Below are positions 10,452 through 19,440 of a DNA stretch of 64,000 bases, one piece after another. The DNA lies in contig JABLWZ010000002.1 of assembly GCA_013178275.1 (NCBI GenBank), positions 162,416 through 226,415 on the forward strand, given 5' to 3'. The translations under genes were made by a program, and so were the position numbers. The notes under the pieces are model-generated. The model did not search any database. It was given only the letters and a program-made list of their open reading frames with translations, and was not told the DNA's origin. The stretch's first letter is position 1. Each line of letters starts with the position of its first letter. Source of the stretch: Bacillota bacterium (GTDB taxonomy: Bacteria; Bacillota; Ch66; Ch109).

Positions 10452-10636
10452 ATACCCTTAAACCGTTGCCGTTACCCGAAAAGGATAAATAAACCCGATT
10501 AACTTGTGGGAGAAGACGAGAGGGCTGATTCGACAGATATTTCCGCACCTGCATACCCGGGCAGGAACTAAGGAATAGATCAATTTTATCTGCTGTAATC
10601 CCATGAGAAAAAAGCCATTATTTACCGAAAATTTGG

Positions 10637-10673
10637 CTTGGCGTACAAATTTCTTTTTTGGTACGGTCCCCCC
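10637..10673 (-). repeat. Tn3-family-like terminal inverted repeat
   Basis: Minus strand GGGGGGACCGTACCAAAAAAGAAATTTGTACGCCAAG; closely similar to the copy at 19312..19349. Confidence 0.65.
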
Positions 10674-10906
10674 TATTACAGCAATTCTGGCACGACCACC
10701 AACAATAAATAACTGTATAAAATGGAAATCCGGAAAGTAGCGTAAAAAGAGTCATACGCAATTAAGAGAAATAGCCATTTACTAGTTTTGCATTTCCAAG
10801 GGATCCTATTTTATAATCTTGATTCAGAAAGAAAAAACGTTACTGAAGGACTCTTTAAATGCCCTACAGAGTTTTATCGTTTTCATTTATGGGATGTTAG
10901 AAAGGA

Positions 10907-11293
10907 GTGCTTGAGATGTCAAAAAACAATAAGAACAGGATGGAGAATAATCTTAATTATCAGGGAAAAACAAGTAGCAAAATGAATCTAATAGAACCTG
11001 AAATTCTTTTGTTATTAAAAAATAACCCATCGCATGGTTACGAACTATTTAAAAGGTTATCGGATATGGAAAACGATATAAACGATCCTGGAACACTCTA
11101 CCGCAATTTAAGAAGTATGGAGGAAAAAGGATTAATAAAGTCAGCTTGGTCGACAGAAAAATCAGGTCCAGCTAAAAGAGTATACCAAGTTACAAATATA
11201 GCATCAGAAGAAATAGAGGAATGGAAAGAAGAAATTAAGAGGAGAATTACGCTTCTTGATGATCTACTAAAAAAAGTCGATCAATTGGTTTAA
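10907..11293 (+). CDS. PadR-family transcriptional regulator
   Basis: ILLLLKNNPSHGYEL, PGTLYRNLRSMEEKGLI, GPAKRVYQVT. Confidence 0.85.
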   Translation: MLEMSKNNKNRMENNLNYQGKTSSKMNLIEPEILLLLKNNPSHGYELFKRLSDMENDINDPGTLYRNLRSMEEKGLIKSAWSTEKSGPAKRVYQVTNIASEEIEEWKEEIKRRITLLDDLLKKVDQLV

Positions 11294-11493
11294 TTCAAGA
11301 ATTAGATATATATACATATTGTCCAGGCAGGATTAATATAAAGAGCTTTGGATAGGAGGCCTTTATGCTGGGATAAACATTAAGGCATAAAAACCTCTAC
11401 CATATTATTTTACCTTTGCGGGAACCCTAACTGATACTAATAGAACCCACTATGAAAATTTAATTTAATTTTAGAGGGATTTATCGGACAATA

Positions 11494-11522
11494 TTGACAA
11501 AAGTTGCCTTACCAAATATACT
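11494..11522 (+). promoter_or_regulatory. Sigma-A promoter
   Basis: TTGACA-N17-TATACT. Confidence 0.75.
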
Positions 11523-11526
11523 ATTA

Positions 11527-11553
11527 TCAGCACTCAATAGAGACGAGTGCTAA
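11527..11553 (+). promoter_or_regulatory. CIRCE element (HrcA operator)
   Basis: TCAGCACTC-N9-GAGTGCTAA, one mismatch to TTAGCACTC-N9-GAGTGCTAA, 4 bp downstream of the -10 box. Confidence 0.85.
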
Positions 11554-11868
11554 CACGGAGTGTTTTAATATTCCTTTTTACTTTAATGATATTTATTAAT
11601 AGCGTTATATCGTTATTGATTCTTATCTTTAGAACTAGAAGGGGGTTTTAAAGCGCTTTTTGTATTCTAATCAATTCTTTTGCATTTAATAAAAGTTGAA
11701 CCTCTTGTTTTCCACATAAGGAAGGAATAAGTCTAAGACCCTTGATTAAGGTTATCCTTTAACATTGAAATGTTTTCTTATGCACATAACTCTGAAATTT
11801 AAGATTAATTCTAACATGCGTTAATGGCATAAAACAGTTTTATCTATCGCGAGGAGAGTGAAAGATAG

Positions 11869-12870
11869 TTGATCAAGACCTTTGTGACAAAATTAGCGGG
11901 GAATGACAAACAGTCTTATCGAGAGCTTTTCAAAAGGTATCCGGGAAACCCAATCCTTACATCAAAGGACTGGCCTTATGCTGCAAACACAGTGTTTAAT
12001 CCGGCAGCGACAATGTATGACGGAAAGGTTTTGCTACTAGCCAGGGTTGAGGACAGGCGGGGTTTTTCCCATCTAACCAAAGCTATAAGTGACGATGGTA
12101 TGAGCAATTGGGAAATAGAAGAAAAGCCTACTTTGGAGGCTGATCCTGAGAATTACCCTGAAGAGGCGTGGGGAATTGAGGACCCGAGGATTACGTGGCT
12201 TGAGGAAATTGGGAAGTTTGCCGTTGTATATACTGCATACTCAAAAGGGGGGCCGCTGGTCTCGATGGCTTTGACCAGGGACTTCGAGATCTTTGAAAAG
12301 CTTGGTTCTATCATGCCGCCAGAGGACAAGGATGCCGCTCTGTTCCCCAGAAGGATTTGCGGCAAATGGGTGCTCGTTCACAGGCCAATCCCTGCCCGCC
12401 ATGAGCCAGGGGCGCATATTTGGATATCGCGTTCGGACGACCTTAAATACTGGGGTCAGCATCACATATTAATCAGAGCCAGAAAAGGCGGATGGTGGGA
12501 CGCAAATAAGGTGGGGATTAATACTCCACCGCTGGAAACTTCCGAGGGGTGGCTCGTATTGTACCACGGCGTAAAGCAAACCGCGGCTGGGGCTATTTAT
12601 AGGCTGGGACTCGCGCTCCTGGATCTCGAGAACCCATTTAAGGTACTGCGTAGGAGTGATGAGTGGGTATTTGGTCCGCAAGAGTTTTATGAGAGGAAAG
12701 GGGACGTGGACGATGTCGTGTTCCCCTGTGGATGGGTACACAACAAAAATACTGGGGAGATAAAAATGTATTATGGCGCGGCGGATACCTGTATCGCCTT
12801 GGCGACAGCTAACCTGGATGACCTGCTTGAATACATTAAAAGGTGCCCTAATTACAGGATAAATGAATAA
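11869..12870 (+). CDS. GH130 beta-mannoside phosphorylase/glycosidase
   Basis: RYPGNPIL, VFNPAA, GIEDPRIT, DKDAALFP, YYGAADT. Confidence 0.88.
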   Translation: MIKTFVTKLAGNDKQSYRELFKRYPGNPILTSKDWPYAANTVFNPAATMYDGKVLLLARVEDRRGFSHLTKAISDDGMSNWEIEEKPTLEADPENYPEEAWGIEDPRITWLEEIGKFAVVYTAYSKGGPLVSMALTRDFEIFEKLGSIMPPEDKDAALFPRRICGKWVLVHRPIPARHEPGAHIWISRSDDLKYWGQHHILIRARKGGWWDANKVGINTPPLETSEGWLVLYHGVKQTAAGAIYRLGLALLDLENPFKVLRRSDEWVFGPQEFYERKGDVDDVVFPCGWVHNKNTGEIKMYYGAADTCIALATANLDDLLEYIKRCPNYRINE

Positions 12871-12907
12871 AAAAATATAAAAGGACTCGGTTAGGAGGGA
12901 TCACATT

Positions 12908-13954
12908 ATGAAAGCATTGTTTTTGGCAGGCGGAATAGGAACCAGGTTAAGACCCATTACAGAGGATCTACCAAAACCCATGGTGCCTATAATGGGCAAA
13001 CCACTTCTCGAAAGGAATATTGAAAACCTAAAGAAATACAACATAATAAATGAAATTGTATTGAGCACCTGCTACAAGCCACATAAAATTGAAAACCACT
13101 TTGGAGATGGAAAGAAGTTTGGGGTAAAAATCAGTTACATATCCGAAGATATTCCGTTAGGCACAGGAGGGGCAATAAAAAATGCCGAATGTTTTTTTGA
13201 TGATACTTTTTTGGTGTTTAATGCGGATATAATAAGCGACATTGATATTTTGGATATGATAAGGTTCCATCACGAAAAAAAAGCATTAGCCACTATCGCT
13301 GTGACCCAGGTTGACGACCCTTCTGCTTATGGGGTTATCGAGCATGATAAAAATGGTTATATTACTGCGTTCAAGGAAAAGCCTAAGCCCCATGAAACCA
13401 AATCAAATCTTATTAACGCCGGTGTCTACATCTTTGAGCGGGAGCTGCTTAATGAAATTTCTTCAAGCAAAGTAGTATCCATTGAACGGGAGACATACCC
13501 CCAGCTTCTTGAAAAAGGTTTAAAAATGGCTACGTATCACAAGTGTTCTTATTGGCTTGATCTCGGTACACCAGATAAATACATAAAAGTGCATAAGGAT
13601 ATATTAAAAGGTAAATTGGAAATTGACGGTCTTAACTTTAACGAGAGTATTCAATTCATCAGTAAAACGGCCAAAATACATGAAACCGCAAGGCTCTATG
13701 GGCCTGTTTATATAGGCGAAAATGTGGAAATCGGCGCTTTCTCTATCATTGGCCCGAGTACCGTTTTGTGCGATGACTCCTATGTGGGAACTGGAGCTAA
13801 GGTTGTGGGTAGCGTGGTTTGGGATCGAGTAAGTGTGGGAAGCGGGGCTTTGGTTGCAGACTCCGTATTGATGTCAAATTGCACGGTTGATAGAAACAGC
13901 GAAGAGTACAATGCCGTATTAACTGAAAACTTCAGCCATCCCATTGCGGTGTAA
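12908..13954 (+). CDS. Mannose-1-phosphate guanylyltransferase-like NDP-sugar synthase
   Basis: LAGGIGTRLRPIT..PKPMVP, PLGTGGAI, FKEKP, WLDLGTP, C-terminal hexapeptide beta-helix. Confidence 0.88.
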   Translation: MKALFLAGGIGTRLRPITEDLPKPMVPIMGKPLLERNIENLKKYNIINEIVLSTCYKPHKIENHFGDGKKFGVKISYISEDIPLGTGGAIKNAECFFDDTFLVFNADIISDIDILDMIRFHHEKKALATIAVTQVDDPSAYGVIEHDKNGYITAFKEKPKPHETKSNLINAGVYIFERELLNEISSSKVVSIERETYPQLLEKGLKMATYHKCSYWLDLGTPDKYIKVHKDILKGKLEIDGLNFNESIQFISKTAKIHETARLYGPVYIGENVEIGAFSIIGPSTVLCDDSYVGTGAKVVGSVVWDRVSVGSGALVADSVLMSNCTVDRNSEEYNAVLTENFSHPIAV

Positions 13955-13976
13955 AAAATAGAGGGGGTTTTCCAAT

Positions 13977-15152
13977 ATGGTTCCGAACCGGATGAGAAAC
14001 ATTGCTTTTTTAAGCACCTACCCTCCCCGGGAATGCGGTATCGCCACCTTTACCCAGGACCTTGTAATGGAGCTTGGCAGGGTTAGTCTTCTGAATAAAC
14101 CCAAGGTTGTGGCGGTGAGCAACAATGATTATAACTATGATGACAATGTCATAATAGGACTTTGGCAGCATGATCGGGAAGATTATTTCAAGACTGCTCT
14201 TGATATTAATAAAACCAATATTGAGCTCCTGGTGATGGAGCATGAGTATGGCATATTTGGCGGGGAAGCAGGCGAATTTGTCTTAGACTTCGTCGAAAAC
14301 CTTCGGATACCTTTGATCACAACGCTGCATACCGTTCTTTCCAGCCCCTCTGCAAAACAAGAACAGGTATTGAGGACACTCGGAGAAAAGAGCGCGAAGG
14401 TTGTCACTATGGCCCAAAATACAAAGCCGCTCCTGGAAGCGGTTTATGGAATCGAGCCTTCAAAAATAGAAGTAATACACCACGGCGTGCCGTACAGAAA
14501 CCCTGAGTCGCGGGATAGGCTGAAGGAAAAACAAGGGCTTAATGGGCGTAGCGTAATCAGTACTTTTGGACTGTTGAGTCCTGGAAAGGGATTGGAGTAC
14601 GCTATTGAGGCCATCGCCCAGATAGCAAAAGAACACAAAGATATTGTTTACCTTATACTCGGGCAGACACACCCCTGTGTAAAAAAAGAAGCTGGAGAAG
14701 AGTACCGGAAAAAACTCATGGAAATGGTTGAAAAGCTCGGGATTAATGAACATGTAAGATTTGTTGATAAATACCTTTCCAAAGACGAAATTATCCGCTA
14801 TCTGCAAATGTCTGATATTTATATGACGCCGTATCTCAATAAGGATCAGGCGGTAAGCGGTACCCTCGCCTATGCCATCGGATACGGCAGGATTGTCATA
14901 TCTACACCATACAGCTATGCGAGGGAAATGCTTGCCGATGGTAGAGGACTATTGGCTGAGTTCTGTGATGCTAATTCCCTCGCCAAAAACATCAAATATA
15001 TACTGGAAAACCCGGAAGCCAAAAAAGAAATGGAAAGAAGGACTTTAAGTGCTGGCAGGACTATGATGTGGAGACATGTTGCCAAACAGTATACGAAGCT
15101 TTTTATTGGCACAATGGAAGAGTTGAGAATTTCCGGAAGTATGGTTGTATGA
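13977..15152 (+). CDS. GT4 glycosyltransferase
   Basis: STYPPRECGIATFT, HEYGIFGG, TFGLLSPGKGLE, SGTLAYA. Confidence 0.88.
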   Translation: MVPNRMRNIAFLSTYPPRECGIATFTQDLVMELGRVSLLNKPKVVAVSNNDYNYDDNVIIGLWQHDREDYFKTALDINKTNIELLVMEHEYGIFGGEAGEFVLDFVENLRIPLITTLHTVLSSPSAKQEQVLRTLGEKSAKVVTMAQNTKPLLEAVYGIEPSKIEVIHHGVPYRNPESRDRLKEKQGLNGRSVISTFGLLSPGKGLEYAIEAIAQIAKEHKDIVYLILGQTHPCVKKEAGEEYRKKLMEMVEKLGINEHVRFVDKYLSKDEIIRYLQMSDIYMTPYLNKDQAVSGTLAYAIGYGRIVISTPYSYAREMLADGRGLLAEFCDANSLAKNIKYILENPEAKKEMERRTLSAGRTMMWRHVAKQYTKLFIGTMEELRISGSMVV

Positions 15153-16153
15153 TGAAAGACGATCATATTTTCAGGCTTACCGATGATACTGGGATGCTCC
15201 AGCACTCAAAATATGGAGTGCCTGATCTTGCCCATGGATATACCACTGACGACAATGCCAGGGCATTGATCATGGCAACAATGCTCTATGAAAAGTATAG
15301 AAAGAAAAAATATCTTGATCTTATATTCAGGTACTCTTCTTTTATACTAAATGCCCAGATTAAGACAGGCAAGTTTAGGAACTTTATGAGCTATGACAGA
15401 AAATGGCTTGAAGAGGAAGGCTCGGAGGATTGTTTTGGCAGGTGCCTTTGGGCAATCGGGTATGCTTTGTCCAATAAGTATATTCCACAAGGGGTAAGGT
15501 ATACCCTACTCCGTGTTTTAAAAAAAGCCCTGCCCAATGTGGTTTCTTTAAACTGGCCCAGAGCCAAGGCTTATTCGATTATAGGCCTTGCATCCCTTAA
15601 CTCTGAAGACACACAAAATTTAGTATTTGACACGGCGTCATCTCTTTGCCGTCTGTATGATGAACAAAAGGACGAAAAGTGGAAATGGTTTGAAAAAAGT
15701 GTAACGTATAGCAACAGTGTTTTCCCCTGGGCACTTTTTGCAGCTCAGAAGATTTTTAATGAAAAAAGGTTTCTTGAGGTAGCCGAAGAAAGCCTGGATT
15801 TTCTTGAAAGTATAACTTTTAAGGACGGTTTTTTTAAACCGGTGGGCTGCAACGGATGGCTTGTAAAAGGCGGGACACCAGCGGAGTTTGATGAACAACC
15901 CATTGAGGCATGTGAAACTGCTCTGACATATCTAGAAGCCTATTCAGTTACCAGGAGGAAGAAATATAAAGCGAAAGCAAAAAAATGCCACGCTTGGTAT
16001 GAAGGGGCAAATTCTAAAGGCATAAAACTCGTTGACGGTGAAACCGGCGGCTGCTTTGACGGTTTGACTGGTAGAGGAGTAAACCAGAATCTTGGGGCTG
16101 AAAGCCTTGTATCTTATTGGATATCTTATCTGGCGCTTTCTGATTTAGATTGA
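15149..16153 (+). CDS. Six-hairpin glycosidase-like protein (domain often fused to GT4)
   Basis: LTDDTGMLQH, GYTTDDNARAL, GSEDCFGR, FDEQPIEA, NQNLGAES; ATGA overlap with the GT4 stop. Confidence 0.7.
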   Translation: MMKDDHIFRLTDDTGMLQHSKYGVPDLAHGYTTDDNARALIMATMLYEKYRKKKYLDLIFRYSSFILNAQIKTGKFRNFMSYDRKWLEEEGSEDCFGRCLWAIGYALSNKYIPQGVRYTLLRVLKKALPNVVSLNWPRAKAYSIIGLASLNSEDTQNLVFDTASSLCRLYDEQKDEKWKWFEKSVTYSNSVFPWALFAAQKIFNEKRFLEVAEESLDFLESITFKDGFFKPVGCNGWLVKGGTPAEFDEQPIEACETALTYLEAYSVTRRKKYKAKAKKCHAWYEGANSKGIKLVDGETGGCFDGLTGRGVNQNLGAESLVSYWISYLALSDLD

Positions 16154-16170
16154 TAAAAGGAGAGACCAAA

Positions 16171-17535
16171 ATGAGTGCTGTTCATGAACAGATTTTCAGA
16201 CAATACGATATACGGGGTATATTCGGAAAGGAATTGACTTTAAGAGATGCAGAGCTTATCGGGAGAGCTTTTGGAACCTATATTAAAAGACGGGGCGAAA
16301 ATAATGCCATTGTCGGCAGGGATACCAGAAGATCGTCCCCCGACCTGTTTAACAGCCTGGTAAAGGGATTTCTTTCTACCGGGATAAATGTGAAAGATAT
16401 CGGGGTGGTAGTATCGCCGATATTCTATTATTCAACAATCCTTTATGGTATAAAGTCAGGGATAATTGTCACCGCTAGCCATAATCCGGCAAACTATAAC
16501 GGCTTTAAGATCCAGTTTGACGGAAGGACGCTATACGGTGAAGAGCTTCAGATTATAAAGAAATTGATTCAAGCCGACGATTTTGAGAACGGTCAGGGAA
16601 AACTGACCTGCCAGTCTCCGGTTAAAGATTATATTGGAATGGTAAAAGAAAAGATAAATCTCACAGGCCGTAAACTGAAGGTTGTGGTTGACTGTGGCAA
16701 CGGCACAGCGGGACTGTTTGCGCCGACTCTATTAAAAGAACTAGGCTGCGAGGTGATCCCCCTCTATTGCGACTCAAACCCTGATTTTCCAAACCATTTT
16801 CCTGATCCAGTAAAGACAGAAAATCTAAAAGATCTTATTAGGACCGTAAAAGAAAGCAGAGCAGACTTGGGTGTAGGCTTTGACGGCGACGGAGACCGAC
16901 TAGGGGTTGTGGATAATCAAGGCAATATTATCTGGGGAGATATGCTTATGATTCTTTTCTGGAGGGAAATTATGCCTAAATATCCAGGTGCTACGGCAAT
17001 TGTTGAGGTGAAGTGTTCAGAAACGCTGGTGGAAGAGATAAAAAGGCTGGGCGGAAAGCCCATGTTCTACAAAACCGGGCATTCTCTCATTAAAGCAAAA
17101 ATGAAAGAGTTAGGTACCGTGTTTACTGGTGAGATGTCGGGGCATATGTTTTTTGCCGATGAATACTTCGGGTTTGATGACGCCTTGTATGCATGTGCAA
17201 GGCTTTTGCGCATAATATCAAAAAGTGGCAAGGCATTAAGCGAACTATTTTCAGACGTGCCCAAAACCTTTGTGACCCCTGAAATCAGGATTGAGTGTCC
17301 CGAGGAAGAGAAGCATTATTACGTGGGAAAAGCCAAAAAGTATTTTGAAGCAAAAGGTAAAAAAATCATTGATATTGATGGGGTAAGAGTTCAGTTTGAT
17401 GACGGTTGGGGATTGGTGAGAGCATCTAATACAGGCCCCGAACTCATTGTCCGTTGTGAGGCGAAAACTTTTAATCAACTAGAACAGATAAAGGAGGAAA
17501 TATCAAAATCTATCCGACCGTTTAAAATAGCCTAA
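16171..17535 (+). CDS. Phosphomannomutase/phosphoglucomutase
   Basis: FRQYDIRG, TASHNP, FDGDGDR, GEMSGH, VRASNT. Confidence 0.92.
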   Translation: MSAVHEQIFRQYDIRGIFGKELTLRDAELIGRAFGTYIKRRGENNAIVGRDTRRSSPDLFNSLVKGFLSTGINVKDIGVVVSPIFYYSTILYGIKSGIIVTASHNPANYNGFKIQFDGRTLYGEELQIIKKLIQADDFENGQGKLTCQSPVKDYIGMVKEKINLTGRKLKVVVDCGNGTAGLFAPTLLKELGCEVIPLYCDSNPDFPNHFPDPVKTENLKDLIRTVKESRADLGVGFDGDGDRLGVVDNQGNIIWGDMLMILFWREIMPKYPGATAIVEVKCSETLVEEIKRLGGKPMFYKTGHSLIKAKMKELGTVFTGEMSGHMFFADEYFGFDDALYACARLLRIISKSGKALSELFSDVPKTFVTPEIRIECPEEEKHYYVGKAKKYFEAKGKKIIDIDGVRVQFDDGWGLVRASNTGPELIVRCEAKTFNQLEQIKEEISKSIRPFKIA

Positions 17536-17624
17536 AACTGTCTAATTTATGGTGTCCTTATGTAATTCCGAGATTAAGAATTTTCATTGTGTAACACTAA
17601 GGGTGAATTCGTACAGATCGGTGG

Positions 17625-18116
17625 TTGAGTGAGATAAGCAAGCATCGCAGTCCCTGTATGGCCCTTTTGTGGTCGCTGGCTATTCCAGGCTTCGGGCAAC
17701 TCTATAATCAGGACTATCTGGTCGGTCTGGTCTTGGTAATGCTGGAGTTCGTCATCAACGTCAAGGCAGACCTTAATCTCGCTATATACTACTCGTTTCG
17801 CGGGCAGTTCCTGGAAGTAGATCAGGTAGCCAGAATCCAGTGGCTGCTGTTTTATCCCTGCGTTTACGGTTTTTCAATGTGGCATGCGTACAACAGGGGA
17901 GCTGAAATAAATCGGTGGTTAGGACCAGAAGAGGCGGGTGTAGGAATCCCTTCGAAGACCCATCTAAACGGATGTCTCTTAGGTTTTGCAATAGGCGGAA
18001 CCTTGGGGGTAATTTATAGTTTCTATATAGGGCCGGTACTCTGTGGGCTCATAGGTGGGATTATCGGGGCAACGGTAGGGTCGATATTTGAATATCTCGT
18101 AAGGTTGAGGAAATAA
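17625..18116 (+). CDS. Conserved membrane protein (SPxxALLWSLAIPGFGQLYN)
   Basis: Paralog of 3946..4755; hydrophobic. Confidence 0.7.
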   Translation: MSEISKHRSPCMALLWSLAIPGFGQLYNQDYLVGLVLVMLEFVINVKADLNLAIYYSFRGQFLEVDQVARIQWLLFYPCVYGFSMWHAYNRGAEINRWLGPEEAGVGIPSKTHLNGCLLGFAIGGTLGVIYSFYIGPVLCGLIGGIIGATVGSIFEYLVRLRK

Positions 18117-18149
18117 TAAATAGAAAAATGTGATGGAGGTAATTAATTC

Positions 18150-19217
18150 GTGGAGCAGCAAACGTTTACTGAGGAGAACCTCTCAAAAACTCCACCTTTA
18201 CCAGTAACCCATGAAACACGGCTTTCGTCCTCTGAGATAGCCAATCTCTGGAGGACCTGCATGCTTTATAGCATGACCGCCTGCGTGATGCAGTATTTCC
18301 AGCAGCATGTACAGGACCGGGACATAAAATCTTTAGTACAAGAAAGCTTATCAATAGCTGAAACAGGGGTAAATATCGCCGCCGACTTCTTGAAGAAAGA
18401 CAAGCGTGCAGTTCCAAGGGGTTTTGGTGACCAGGATGTTGACTTGGAAGCACCTGCACTATTCTCGGATGTGTTTTACCTGTATTACATTAGCAATCAG
18501 GTTAAAGTAGGCCTAAATGTCAGTAGTATGGCCTGCACCATGGCGTCCCGCCCCGACATCCGAGATTTCTACATCCAGTGCATAGAGTCGACATTAAGGT
18601 TTTGGGGAAGGATATCGGATACCTTGTTGAGTAAAGGCCTAATGATAAGGCCGCCCTATGTAGCGACAGTAGAGAAAGTGGACTTCGTGAAAAAGCAGAG
18701 CTTTCTGGGGGGCCTGTTCGGTCAGGAACGGTCTCTTTTGGCCATCGAGATTGAGCAGTTGTATTTCGGCACAATCACCAACGAGATAGGCAGGACGCTG
18801 TTGACCGGTTTCCGCCAGACAGCAAGGTCTTCAGAGGTGCGCAGCTATATGGAACGGGGTTTAAAATTGGCATCAAAATACATTAAATTATTCGGAGACA
18901 AACTCCGGGAGGGCGATATAAGTTCACCGATGCACTGGGATGCTTACGGGAACGTGACCGAATCGACCGTGCCGTCTTTCTCGGATAAACTGATGATGTT
19001 CCACACTGTTTTATTGAACGCCTTTGGTATAGCCAACTACGGGGTTTCCCTGTCATCAAGCATGAGAAGCGACGTGGTCACCACTTATGCTGCTATAATT
19101 CCGGAAGTTGCAAGTTACACCGAGGACGGGATTAATATAATGATTGACAACGGCTGGTTCGAGGAACCGCCCCGTGTATTAGACCGTGATAAGCTGTCTA
19201 ATGTAAACATACACTAG
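18150..19217 (+). CDS. DUF3231-family protein
   Basis: LSSSEIANLW, PRGFGDQDVDLEAPALFSD, FSDKLMMFH, GWFEEPP. Confidence 0.8.
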   Translation: MEQQTFTEENLSKTPPLPVTHETRLSSSEIANLWRTCMLYSMTACVMQYFQQHVQDRDIKSLVQESLSIAETGVNIAADFLKKDKRAVPRGFGDQDVDLEAPALFSDVFYLYYISNQVKVGLNVSSMACTMASRPDIRDFYIQCIESTLRFWGRISDTLLSKGLMIRPPYVATVEKVDFVKKQSFLGGLFGQERSLLAIEIEQLYFGTITNEIGRTLLTGFRQTARSSEVRSYMERGLKLASKYIKLFGDKLREGDISSPMHWDAYGNVTESTVPSFSDKLMMFHTVLLNAFGIANYGVSLSSSMRSDVVTTYAAIIPEVASYTEDGINIMIDNGWFEEPPRVLDRDKLSNVNIH

Positions 19218-19311
19218 GAGAGCGGGCAAATGTTCTCCAGAGAATGTTTTTCTCTATAAGGATAAAATCATACTTACTTTACGTCTGGTATAGGTTCTTA
19301 CAAGCTGAGGC

Positions 19312-19349
19312 GTTATCGTACAGAATTTGGCTTTTGGTACAGTCTCCCC
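19312..19349 (-). repeat. Tn3-family-like 38-bp terminal inverted repeat
   Basis: Minus strand GGGGAGACTGTACCAAAAGCCAAATTCTGTACGATAAC. Confidence 0.65.
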
Positions 19350-19440
19350 GGGTACGACTTTTTCCGTGAGATTTAATCCAAGCAATAACGATGATCGAAA
19401 GTTGTACGGTTAAAATAATTTTTAAAAAGAATCCCGTTTA

